From an uncultured Chlamydiae bacterium (lineage in GTDB: Bacteria > Chlamydiota > Chlamydiia > Chlamydiales > Parachlamydiaceae): 64,000 nucleotides of DNA. The notes under the pieces were generated by a model. That model was not told the DNA's origin, did not search any database, and worked only from the letters and a program-made list of their open reading frames with translations. Positions 10,616 to 19,960 of this stretch are shown here, one piece after another. The stretch is taken from NCBI GenBank assembly GCA_963754655.1, contig CAVWGN010000001.1:1568001-1632000 (forward strand), in the 5' to 3' direction. Within the stretch, counting starts at the first letter, position 1; each line of letters begins with the position of its first letter. Both the position numbers and the translations under genes were made by a program.

Positions 10616-11455
10616 GGGAACGTACCTAAAAGATTTAAAATAATAACTCTTATGATTTATAATTTTCTCTGATAAAACAAGGGGGAAATTTGAATGAGTA
10701 GGATAGTATTAACTAATGAAAGATGGATAAAAATAAAACCTTTATTGCCAAAAGAACGAGGATATTGGGGCAGACCAAGTCGGCCTCATCGTAAGATTTT
10801 AGAAGGCATTATTTGGATTTTAAGAACAGGAGCCGCTTGGAGGGATCTACCACCCAAGTATGGTCCTTGGAGCACATGTTATAATCGCTTTAATCGATGG
10901 ACAAAGGCTGGAATCTGGCAAACGATTTGGCAAGCTTTAAAAGATGAAATTGACGAAGAAAATTACTCTGTAGACAGCTCAATTGTTGAAGCGCATCAAG
11001 ATGCTTGTAGGATAAAAAAAAAGCCGAAGAAGCCATGGGAAAATCAAGGGCCGGAACAACCACAAAAATTCATGCAGTAACAGATGGATTAGGTCGTTGT
11101 ATTGATTTTATCTTGACAGAAGGTCAAGTACACGAGAGCACTCAAATGAAGCTTTTACTCAGTGGAAAAAATCCAAAAAATGTTATAGCTGATAAAGCTT
11201 ACGACTCAAATGAAATCAGAAATTTTATAGAAAAGATGGGAAGTCAAGCAGTCATACCCAGCAAAGTATCAAGAGCTGAACTAATTGAACATGATAAACA
11301 TATCTACAGAGAGCGTTGCTTGGTAGAAAATTTTTTTCAGTTTATAAAACGATTTAGGCGTATTGGAATAAGATACGAAATGAAAGCTCAAAATTATGCA
11401 GGAATGTTGACGATCGCTTGTATTATACAATGGTTAATCTTTTAGGTACGCTCCC
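10616..11455 (+). mobile_element. IS5-family element (IS427-like, two ORFs, -1 frameshift), copy 1
   Basis: Terminal IR gggaacgtacctaaaaga / tcttttaggtacgctccc, flanking TA duplication; ORFs 10694-11080 and 11035-11445 linked by an A9G run. Confidence 0.93.
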
Positions 11456-11608
11456 TAGCTTATGATACAGATCCGCATAAGAAGAGATTTCTACAGAAAA
11501 TGATTCATCAAATGAACCCAACGATAGACCGTGTGATAATGGGTGCTGATTAAAGGACTGATTTTTGATCAAGTTTGTTCCAATAGTCAGCTTAAATCTC
11601 TTGATTAA

Positions 11609-11659
11609 AAATTTAACAGAAAAACCCACTAGATACAATTGGGTGTTTCTGCTAAATTT
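11609..11659. promoter_or_regulatory. Probable AbiEi operator inverted repeat
   Basis: aaatttaacagaaaaaccca-N11-tgggtgtttctgctaaattt (18/20 match), tacaat in the spacer, 17 nt upstream of the abiEi ATG and followed by a gaggag RBS. Confidence 0.65.
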
Positions 11660-11676
11660 AATAGAGGAGATAACTC

Positions 11677-12276
11677 ATGAAAAAACTCACAAGTCTAAGT
11701 ATTATTCGTCCGCTTCTTATCCAAGCCTCATTCACTGCAGATGAGGCTAAACAATATGGGGTTTCTGCTGCTCATCTTGGTTACTATATTAAGAAAGGTT
11801 TAATTAAACGACTAGGCCGCGGCATTTACCAAAGTGCAGACTATCAGGGATCTCCTGAAAATTTTCGATGGGAAGACCTTATAGAGGCAGTAAATTCTGT
11901 ACCTAATGGGGTTATTTGTCTTATTTCTGCACTAGCTATCCACGATATAACCGAGGAAATTCCGCGAGAACATTGGATTGCTGTACCACATACTACTTCC
12001 ATTTGCAGAGGCGTTAAAGTGAAAATTGTGAGATTCCGCAATATGGAGCTTGGAAAAATAGAACTTGACTTGGGAGGTGTTCGCATTCCTATATTTGATC
12101 GCGAACGAACCATTATCGACTCCTTTAGGCTACTGAGCCGAGAAACAGCCATTAAAGCTCTAAAAATGGCTCTATCCCAAAAAGGGACAGTGCGATTGGA
12201 TCTTAAAAAACTGCAGTCATACGCAAAAAAACTTAGATTTAACATTACCCCCTACCTTATCACGGCAACAACATGA
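11677..12276 (+). CDS. abiEi: Type IV TA antitoxin AbiEi
   Basis: N-terminal wHTH (GLIKRLGRGIY), GVICLISALAIHDIT, IFDRERTIID. Confidence 0.9.
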   Translation: MKKLTSLSIIRPLLIQASFTADEAKQYGVSAAHLGYYIKKGLIKRLGRGIYQSADYQGSPENFRWEDLIEAVNSVPNGVICLISALAIHDITEEIPREHWIAVPHTTSICRGVKVKIVRFRNMELGKIELDLGGVRIPIFDRERTIIDSFRLLSRETAIKALKMALSQKGTVRLDLKKLQSYAKKLRFNITPYLITATT

Positions 12277-13118
12277 ATGAACAAGGACTAAACGATCGTC
12301 TTCAAGCTATTTCTAAAGAAAGAGGTATCAACTTCAATGAGTGCTGGAAGAAGCTGCTTCTTGAACGGTTTTTATCTCGATTATCTCGATCAACATACAC
12401 TCAACAATTCATTTTTAAAGGAGGTTTTCTTCTCGCCTACATCATGGAAATTGGACGAGAGACGACTGATCTCGATTTTTTACTCACAAGCATAAACGCC
12501 AGTAAAGATGAGATAAAAGAAGCTATTGAAGAGATTATTGCAATAGAATCAGAAGATGGATTTTCGTTTAGTTATGAAGGAATAGAGCTTTTAGAACAGC
12601 CACATATGGACTATCCAGGGTATCGCGTCGGTTTGAAAGCAACATTTGGCCGCATGAGGGACAAGATTCAAATCGATGTAGGCATAGGAGACGTTGTCAC
12701 GCCCACCATTCGCGAATTGCACTTCTTTCAGTACAGAGGTAAATCAATGTTTGAAAGTGCGATTTCCTTGGTTGTCTATCCTCCTGAAGCGATCTTTGCA
12801 GAAAAGCTCGAGACAGTTCTCTCTAAAGGAGCTGCTAATAGCCGTATGAAGGACTATCACGACTTGCTTCTACTCGCACGCGAACCACATATGATTAACC
12901 TCAACAAGCTGCAAGTATCGCTAAAGAATACATTTAGCAACCGCGGTACGACTCTTGAGCTTATTGATTTCAAAACAGATGAGCTCAAGCCAATACAAAA
13001 ACTTTGGGTTGGACACATCAAAAATTTAGGCAACGCAGCTCAGAAATTGAAGCTTCCAGAAAACATTCAAGATGTCATTATAGAACTCAATAAGATCATC
13101 GAAAAGGTAGAAACATGA
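12273..13118 (+). CDS. abiEii: AbiEii/AbiGii nucleotidyltransferase toxin
   Basis: LERFLSRL, FIFKGG, RETTDLDF, AEKLET, NSRMKDYHDL; ATGA overlap with abiEi. Confidence 0.92.
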   Translation: MNEQGLNDRLQAISKERGINFNECWKKLLLERFLSRLSRSTYTQQFIFKGGFLLAYIMEIGRETTDLDFLLTSINASKDEIKEAIEEIIAIESEDGFSFSYEGIELLEQPHMDYPGYRVGLKATFGRMRDKIQIDVGIGDVVTPTIRELHFFQYRGKSMFESAISLVVYPPEAIFAEKLETVLSKGAANSRMKDYHDLLLLAREPHMINLNKLQVSLKNTFSNRGTTLELIDFKTDELKPIQKLWVGHIKNLGNAAQKLKLPENIQDVIIELNKIIEKVET

Positions 13119-13243
13119 TAAATCTCCTGCGCCGCTTGCCGATGTCGCAACAGTGAAAGAGACGCAAAGAATATGCAAGAAATGCAAACAAGTATACTTT
13201 TGTCCTTTTCCGCATTTTTTCCGCAATTGAGTGGAAACATATT

Positions 13244-14025
13244 CTATGTATTTTCTCCCGTATCTTCGATTCTTATCTGCATATTGTACAGACTAGCGTA
13301 AGTCTTATCTAAAGCAATAAGCTCTTCATGCGTTCCTTGTTCTTCAATTCCCTTATCTGTCAGCACTAGAATTCTCTGAGCATTTCTGATTGTTGACAAG
13401 CGGTGCGCTATAACAAGAGTTGTGCGATTCCTCATCAATCTTTCAAGGGAATTTTGCACAGCTCTTTCGCTTTCGTTATCAAGGCTGCTCGTGGCTTCGT
13501 CGAAAATGATGATAGGAGGATTTTTTAGGAAGACACGGGCGATGCTGAGCCGTTGCTTCTGCCCTCCGGAAAGTTTAACTCCGCGCTGGCCAATATCTGT
13601 AGAATATCCTTTTGGAAGCATCATAATAAAATCATGCGCATTGGCTTGTTTGGCTGCGGCGATGATTTCTCCTTCTGATGCATCAGGTTTTCCATAGCGG
13701 ATGTTTTCTAGAACTGTGCCGGCAAAAAGGTAGATATCCTGCTGGACAAGGCCAATGTTTTTTCTCAGCGATTCTAGCTTAAGGTTTTTAATATCTTGGC
13801 CATCGACCAATATTTTCCCTTCACTGGCTTCATAAAACCTAGGAATTAAAGAACAAAGAGTCGTCTTCCCAACTCCTGAAAATCCAACCAGGGCTATGTA
13901 TTCTGCAACATTTATTTTCAGGGAGATATTTTTCAAAACGTGGTCATGGCCCTCTCTATATTTAAAGCTGACCGCTTTGAATTCTATTTCTCCCCGAACC
14001 TGATCCAGCCCTTCAGCATTTTTTT
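13244..14025 (-). pseudogene. Truncated MsbA-like ABC exporter (ATPase domain only)
   Basis: Walker A GFSGVGKT, LSGGQKQR, IIIFDEATSSLD; homology runs upstream (DQVRGEIEFKAVSFKY) to ~14025 and stops; no TM domain. Confidence 0.82.
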
Positions 14026-14044
14026 GGGTTTGATAACGCCACGT

Positions 14045-14242
14045 AAATCATTAAGATCTCCCTACGCAAACAAGGAAGAGTGGAATGACCGTCATGGATG
14101 CTGGTCTAGCCTTCCACTTCATAACTTTGCTAGCCATGAAGTGCATGCTTTCAGAATGCTAGCTGTGGGTATGAACAAGCTTGCTAGTAAAGGTTTATCT
14201 GCTGAAGAGCGGAGGAGTTTAAGACAACAATATATCGTTTAG
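14045..14242 (+). pseudogene. Fragment resembling the C-terminus of a phage terminase large subunit
   Basis: KEEWNDRHGCWSSLPLHNFASHEVHAFRMLAVG resembles the TerL tail Y.KEWD.K.G.W...PLH.W.SH.ADAFRYLA; the catalytic Asp position reads His. Confidence 0.6.
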
Positions 14243-14306
14243 CAGAAAGAAACTGTTTATATTCCAATAATCATATCTCTTTCAGGCTAAACAATGACCG
14301 TGATTT

Positions 14307-14888
14307 TTAGTCATTCATACCGCTATCCCAATGATCTGAATCTTCATATGTTGGTACTTCAATAAAGTTTACATTCTCTTCACTCCAATGTTTTTCCTTG
14401 CTATGGCTTGAATGTTGAACTCCATCTTTGGTTGTCCAGTGCGAGGTTGGAAATTGACTAATTTTCTCCCATTCCAATCTCACTCTTACATGATCAGATT
14501 CAAGTAATTTTTTATCTACACCTTCAGCTATCAAATAAGTGTGTAAAAGATTTTGCGTTTGTCTTGAATTTGAAATCACTCTAGGTATGCAGGTCAAAAG
14601 ACGGATAGGAAATGTAAGTACGTCTAAAACTAAAGAAGCTAAAATAGCAAAAACTTTACCTACTGTGTGCTGCACTTTAATTGCATGATTAAAAGTAGTA
14701 GGAAGGAAAAAATCTTTTGAAAAATTTTTCAAGTTATTTGTTCGAACAGGTTTGAAAGTAGCGGGAATAATAGCTACTGTACTTTTGCCCTGAACGTAAC
14801 CTTTAACTTGCAAAAATTCTTTACTTGTAAGCTGTTTTTCCCACGCACTATTATTATCTAAATTAGAAACTTTTATACAAAACGACAT
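14307..14888 (-). CDS. Hypothetical protein with one hydrophobic segment
   Basis: 193-aa ORF, ggag RBS upstream, TM-like VFAILASLVLDVLTFPIRLL. Confidence 0.6.
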   Translation of the reverse strand: MSFCIKVSNLDNNSAWEKQLTSKEFLQVKGYVQGKSTVAIIPATFKPVRTNNLKNFSKDFFLPTTFNHAIKVQHTVGKVFAILASLVLDVLTFPIRLLTCIPRVISNSRQTQNLLHTYLIAEGVDKKLLESDHVRVRLEWEKISQFPTSHWTTKDGVQHSSHSKEKHWSEENVNFIEVPTYEDSDHWDSGMND

Positions 14889-15169
14889 TTACAACTCCGT
14901 TTTCATTATTAATAACAAAAGTTATACTTTGATATTGATTTTTTTGCAATATGTTTTTTGACATTGTTTTTGACTTGGGTGTGATTAAATCTGGGAGTTT
15001 ATATTTTTTAGCAGATTGATACGAAATGGTAGGGCGGCGGTAGCCGCTTTCAGTGGGAAGCCCCGTATGAAGCGAGCTTGCGAACGGAATGCGGGGTGCG
15101 CATCAATAAATATAAACCGCGGAAGCGGTGTGAGTGATCTTACGCTGCTTCCGCAGCTCAATGCTATCT

Positions 15170-15385
15170 TGCCTACAATCAATAGGACACGCTGCCCAAC
15201 AAGAGCGTAATAAATTCTAATGCCCGCTTTATGATGAATACGAAATTCCCAAAGCCCCCTCTTCTATGGGCTTGCAGTCACCGAAATTCCCCAGCTTGAT
15301 TATCAAAATCTTTCAAGCTATCCAACCATTCGCGGAAGGGCTCGTTTCTATTTTCAGTTGCGTAGATTTTGATTTCATATTCCAT
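15170..15385 (-). pseudogene. RelE/ParE-superfamily addiction-module killer toxin (HI1419/DUF891-like) pseudogene
   Basis: Minus-strand pieces in three frames: MEYEIKIYATENRNEPFREWLDSLKD / KLGNFGDCKPIEE / LWEFRIHHKAGIRIYYALVGQRVLLIVG; internal deletion and frameshifts; not in the ORF track. Confidence 0.78.
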
Positions 15386-15633
15386 CTCTTTATTGTACAC
15401 GATAAGACACTTTTGTTCAATATAGTAGACAGAAAAATAAAGATTAAAGAGAGGCGCCTTCTGCTCTTTTTCAAGTATTATAACAAGTTAGCTAATTGGA
15501 CCAATGGTGGACCAAATAGGGACAGCAAATTACATGATATCACATTAAATTAGAATAGACTGAAATGCCTTGAGACTGCTATTTTGGTTGATGTCAGCTA
15601 TTGTAGCATGTGGTAGTTTGGGGATCGCTGACA

Positions 15634-15680
15634 GACTCATAACCCGTTAGTCGTAGGTTCAAATCCCTTACCCTCAGGCA
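15634..15680 (+). tRNA. Degenerate 3' half of a tRNA with CAT anticodon (att-like remnant, not a functional gene)
   Basis: gactcataacccgttagtcgtaggttcaaatccc matches the anticodon loop CTCATAA, variable region and T-arm GGTTCAAATCC; no D-arm or acceptor stem found. Confidence 0.6.
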
Positions 15681-15723
15681 TTTTTATTAAAAGATGTGAC
15701 AATCAACAAATCTTAATATTCTG

Positions 15724-15796
15724 CCACTTGCGATCCTGTACATCCATATTTATACAATAGAGAAAAAGAAAGATACGCACGCAGGATCGCAAGTGG
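15724..15796. repeat. 15-bp perfect inverted repeat with 43-nt spacer
   Basis: ccacttgcgatcctg (15724-15738) / caggatcgcaagtgg (15782-15796). Confidence 0.85.
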
Positions 15797-15811
15797 AAAG
15801 TCTCGGTGAAG

Positions 15812-17551
15812 TTAATCTTCTTGAGAAAAAATAAAATGGAAACTTGATTTCTGAGCTTGAATGATAAGCTTGGTTTGATCCTGGGTGATTTTAAGCGGTA
15901 TGACCTTCTGTTCTTTAAAAGCTTTCATGAGTACTGAATCTTCATGCAGCTCTGGTGGAATGACGAGTTCATAAGAATCTCCTTCAAATCCGATGAAATT
16001 TTTAAGTGTCTTCTTTCTGTGAAGATCTAATTCGTATTCTTTTTGATCGATTGTCACTATCATTTTAGAATGGAAAGATCGTTGGCCAAAATTCAATAAA
16101 CGTGCCGTGATCTCTTGTAAGCGAATCGTCCTTATATTTGCTCGCTCGCTTTGGTAATTATGAACAGTTGTTTGGAAATCGCCTTGCTTGTCCTCCTCCT
16201 CTACAGGTAAGGCATTTTCTTCTAAAATGTCATGACTCGTCTCTTCATCCAACGGTTCAAATTGCCACTCTTCTTCATCGATTGTTTTGAAGAAAAACCC
16301 TTTTTGTCCTTGATGCTGTCCTGCTAATCTCAATTCACGTGCCTGATTGCCAGAACCAGTTTGCAGAATGGTAATTGCTTTGGTAATAAAATCGCCTTCT
16401 TTAAGTTCTATTGGATGAGAGATCCATTGAGGTAGGGGGACAATAACAACATCTGGATCTGGATGATCAAAGTAATCATATTTTAAAATAGGATCCCATC
16501 CCTCTGAATCAATATCGGCAAGGCGTGTATAAATTTTCAGAGTGCGATGCCTTGGATTGTCCTTTTGAACTTCATACCCAATTGCCATAATGACAGACGC
16601 ACTGGCGCTCATGTTCTCTGCCTCAAAAGAGCTCTCAGAAGTTTCAGGTAAAGGAATACTGATTTTGACATGTTTGGGCGACCAAGGATCGAATTGATAA
16701 ATATCTTTGCCATTGCAATCCAAAACATATAAAGTCGTTACGCCCACAGAGACTTTATGATGACGTTTAAGTCGATCCTCTAAAAAATCGTTATAACGTC
16801 CACGCTGTGAAATAGCCCAAGCCCGAGCCTTTGACGGAATTTTGAGACGTTTTACAGTAAATAAATTGACTACATGATGGATATAGGGAAGGGAAAACCA
16901 CTTATCTTTCCAATTATCGCGATCTGCTTTATTAACTGCAATATAGTCATCCTTCTCAACATCCACTCCTGCTTCAGCTAACCAATCGCGATTTTTATCC
17001 GTGATGTCTTGTTTTCGAAATTCTTTTAAAACCTTTTTATAATGAATCTCATTCTTTTCATCTAACACAATCAAATTCGCTCCATCGCACTCCAATGCTA
17101 AAGGCACATGCCCGTCGCTAAATCCATCAAAATAAATAGGTTTCCAATCTTCTTCACTCTGCCGGTGCCGCATCCAAAGAATATCATTTTCAAGGGCAAA
17201 TTCTTGAATATGATTAAACACTCGCGTTTTAGACTTGAGTTCAATGGGATAATTTGAAGGGGGAATGGCCTGTTCTGCTTTGCGAAAGTATTTTGCTTTC
17301 GCCTCTTGAATTCTTGACTCTCGAATTTCTCTTGCAAGTATTCCCCAACCTACTACAGAGGTCAATAATATGATTTTCTCAAAAATGGCCCATACAACTA
17401 TTCCTATTTTGTTCCAGCCATGATGCTCTTCTTTCAGCCATTTTACATGCTTTCCTATCCACGATTGCTTTTCCGCGGCAGGAATCACTTTAGCCGGTTT
17501 AAATTCATGTGGGTCAAAAAAAATAAAATCATTAATTTCGGAAGACATCAT
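15812..17551 (-). CDS. Hypothetical 579-aa protein
   Basis: Long ORF, one N-terminal hydrophobic stretch, beta-rich Trp-containing body; no family recognised. Confidence 0.7.
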   Translation of the reverse strand: MMSSEINDFIFFDPHEFKPAKVIPAAEKQSWIGKHVKWLKEEHHGWNKIGIVVWAIFEKIILLTSVVGWGILAREIRESRIQEAKAKYFRKAEQAIPPSNYPIELKSKTRVFNHIQEFALENDILWMRHRQSEEDWKPIYFDGFSDGHVPLALECDGANLIVLDEKNEIHYKKVLKEFRKQDITDKNRDWLAEAGVDVEKDDYIAVNKADRDNWKDKWFSLPYIHHVVNLFTVKRLKIPSKARAWAISQRGRYNDFLEDRLKRHHKVSVGVTTLYVLDCNGKDIYQFDPWSPKHVKISIPLPETSESSFEAENMSASASVIMAIGYEVQKDNPRHRTLKIYTRLADIDSEGWDPILKYDYFDHPDPDVVIVPLPQWISHPIELKEGDFITKAITILQTGSGNQARELRLAGQHQGQKGFFFKTIDEEEWQFEPLDEETSHDILEENALPVEEEDKQGDFQTTVHNYQSERANIRTIRLQEITARLLNFGQRSFHSKMIVTIDQKEYELDLHRKKTLKNFIGFEGDSYELVIPPELHEDSVLMKAFKEQKVIPLKITQDQTKLIIQAQKSSFHFIFSQED

Positions 17552-17736
17552 TTTTAATACACTTTAAAGTTTTTGTGGATTTATTTTTGTGAGTTTAGAT
17601 TTCTATTATAATGATCTTTTTTTTTAAATAAATAAATTTTGAAATTGTACACGGTCGCAGGTAAGTTCATTGGATTTTTTTCCAACTAAAATATCTTGAT
17701 ATGGTAAACCAGAAAAAAAGAAATTGAGTAGATCTT

Positions 17737-19146
17737 ATGTTTTTTCAACGCATTTGTACACCTGGCTTATCGATTAATTCTTATTTACTAGGAGATGATC
17801 ACACGAAACGTTGCGCTGTCATCGATCCTACGCGGCATGTGTTTCCCTTTATCATCCAAGCTCAGAATGCAGGTTACGACATTACAGATATTTTGGAGAC
17901 ACATGTTCATGCGGATTTTATTTCAGGGGCAAAAGAGCTTAAACATCAACTCAATGATAAACCGCGTATTTATGCTTCTGGAATGGGGGGGAAGAAGTGG
18001 ATTCCTGCCTATACCGATGTTGTAGTAGAGAAGGGAATGCAACTTCAAATGGGGAGCTTGCGTCTTGAACCTCTTCATACACCCGGACATACACCCGAAC
18101 ATATTATATGGATATGTTATGATGAATCTCGCAGTTCAGACATTCCGTGGTTTGCTTTTACAGGAGATTGCCTGTTTGTTGGAAGCATTGGGCGTCCTGA
18201 TTTACTGGGTAAAGAAGAACTGTCTCTATTGGCTTCAAAGCTTTACCATACAGTTTTTGAGGTATTAGCCCCTCTGCCCGATTTTTTAGAGATCTTTCCT
18301 ACGCATGGAGAAGGATCTTTATGCGGGCAATCTCTTAAATCGCGATCAACCTCTACACTTGGTTTTGAACGTCTTTTCAATCCTTATTTTAAAAAAGAAT
18401 CTCAAGAGAAATGGATACAAAACGTAGAAAAGAGGTTACCGCCTATTCCAGGTTACTTTCAGCGTGCAAAAATCATCAATGTTGTGGGTCCCCCCATTTT
18501 AAGTTCATTAAACATGACCAAATGGATTCAACAAGAAAATATGCCTGCTTTAGAAACGCTTTTTCTCTTAGATGTGCGTCATCACGAAACCTTTGCAGCT
18601 TCTCACATAAAAGGATCGATGAATATTCCCTTTTCAAAAAGTTTTAACCAGTGGGCGGGTTGGATGCTTCCTGCTAAAACCTCTATTGGTTTAATTGTTG
18701 AAAATACATCTGTTTATTCAGAAGTTGTGGATCAATTGCGTTTAATGGGATTTGATCAAGATATTTGGATCATTCAATTGGGAGAAAATGATCAAACTCT
18801 CCAAGGGGTTTTTTCCTCTTTTCCTATGATTGAAGTAGAAGAATTGGCCAAGCATCAACCACAATTTGAATCTCTCTATGTGTTAGATGTTCGTACGCCT
18901 GAAGAATGGTTTTCAGGTCATATTCCAGGAGCACATCACATCGTGCTTAATGAGCTGGAAAACTCATTAAATAAATTGCCGCAAAACCAATCAATTGCTT
19001 TGTTGTGCAGAAGCGGTCAAAGATCTTCTTTGGCTACTTCATTATTATGTAAGCATGGCTTCTCAGCGGTCATGAATGTCAGAGGTGGAATACAGGCTTG
19101 GAAGCAAGCAGGCTTGCCTTTAAAAGTAGGAAATGGCATTGAGTGA
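17737..19146 (+). CDS. MBL-fold persulfide dioxygenase-rhodanese fusion (CstB-like)
   Basis: ETHVHADF, TPGHTPEH, FTGDCLFVGSIGRPDL; inactive-looking middle rhodanese domain and C-terminal rhodanese LDVR...CRSGQRS. Confidence 0.9.
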   Translation: MFFQRICTPGLSINSYLLGDDHTKRCAVIDPTRHVFPFIIQAQNAGYDITDILETHVHADFISGAKELKHQLNDKPRIYASGMGGKKWIPAYTDVVVEKGMQLQMGSLRLEPLHTPGHTPEHIIWICYDESRSSDIPWFAFTGDCLFVGSIGRPDLLGKEELSLLASKLYHTVFEVLAPLPDFLEIFPTHGEGSLCGQSLKSRSTSTLGFERLFNPYFKKESQEKWIQNVEKRLPPIPGYFQRAKIINVVGPPILSSLNMTKWIQQENMPALETLFLLDVRHHETFAASHIKGSMNIPFSKSFNQWAGWMLPAKTSIGLIVENTSVYSEVVDQLRLMGFDQDIWIIQLGENDQTLQGVFSSFPMIEVEELAKHQPQFESLYVLDVRTPEEWFSGHIPGAHHIVLNELENSLNKLPQNQSIALLCRSGQRSSLATSLLCKHGFSAVMNVRGGIQAWKQAGLPLKVGNGIE

Positions 19147-19168
19147 ATCTTTTCATAGGAGGGTAATC

Positions 19169-19846
19169 ATGACAACAATCTTATCTCATCAAAGCAATCT
19201 TCAAATCGGAGATATTGCTCCGAATTTTCAGGCCGAAACAACAGAGGGAACCATTTCATTTCATGAATGGATTGGAAATTCTTGGTGTGTCTTTTTTTCG
19301 CATCCAAAAGATTTCACACCGGTATGCACAACGGAATTAGGGGCTGTGGCCCACTTAAAAGGAGAATTTAATAGGCGAAATGTGAAATCCATTGCTCTTA
19401 GCGTCAGTTCGGTGAAAGATCATCAAAATTGGATTAAAGATATCAATGAAACACAAGATACAACAGTCAATTTTCCTTTGATTGGTGACGAAAATGGATG
19501 TATCGCGCATCTTTATGGAATGATTCATCCTAAAGCAAATGATACCTTTACAGTGAGGACAGTTTTTATTATCGATCCTCAGAAAAAAATTCGATTGACT
19601 TTGAGTTATCCAGCCTCGACAGGGCGCAATTTTAAAGAAATTTTGCGCACAATTGACTCTCTTCAATTAACTGACACTTGTTGTGTGGCTACGCCTGCTA
19701 ATTGGGAATGGGGGCAAGAATGCGTCATTTTGCCGAGTGTAACAGATTCAGAGAAAATTAAAAAATTATTTCCAAAAGGTTATAAACAATTAAAACCTTA
19801 TTTACGTCTGACGCCCCAGCCAGAACAGAACTTCAATACTTATTGA
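19169..19846 (+). CDS. 1-Cys peroxiredoxin (Prx6)
   Basis: FSHPKDFTPVCTTELG, YPASTGRNF, VATPANW; aggagg RBS before ATG 19169. Confidence 0.95.
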   Translation: MTTILSHQSNLQIGDIAPNFQAETTEGTISFHEWIGNSWCVFFSHPKDFTPVCTTELGAVAHLKGEFNRRNVKSIALSVSSVKDHQNWIKDINETQDTTVNFPLIGDENGCIAHLYGMIHPKANDTFTVRTVFIIDPQKKIRLTLSYPASTGRNFKEILRTIDSLQLTDTCCVATPANWEWGQECVILPSVTDSEKIKKLFPKGYKQLKPYLRLTPQPEQNFNTY

Positions 19847-19880
19847 TGCGAAGCAGCATTAGCCACGCATAAAAACGTTA

Positions 19881-19926
19881 AGCCATATGTAGTAACACAG
19901 CACCTCCTGCGCCACTACATATGGCT
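19881..19926. terminator. Hairpin between convergent genes
   Basis: agccatatgtagt / actacatatggct 13-bp stem. Confidence 0.55.
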
Positions 19927-19960
19927 AACAATGCACATTGAATCACTTGTTAAAGATCCT

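Noticed and set aside
13940..14242. 100-aa ORF as a real gene
   Set aside because: Chimeric: the 5' part is antisense to the ABC fragment and only the 3' part looks like terminase
15055..15100. Group II intron domain V (aagccccgtatg...)
   Set aside because: Does not fit the domain V hairpin geometry, and there is no domain VI or RT ORF
14985..15553. ORFs 14985-15182, 15016-15210 and 15266-15553
   Set aside because: Read-through or antisense shadows of the toxin pseudogene and hairpin block
15600..15685. Functional tRNA-Met gene
   Set aside because: No D-arm, acceptor stem pairing or CCA; kept only as a remnant
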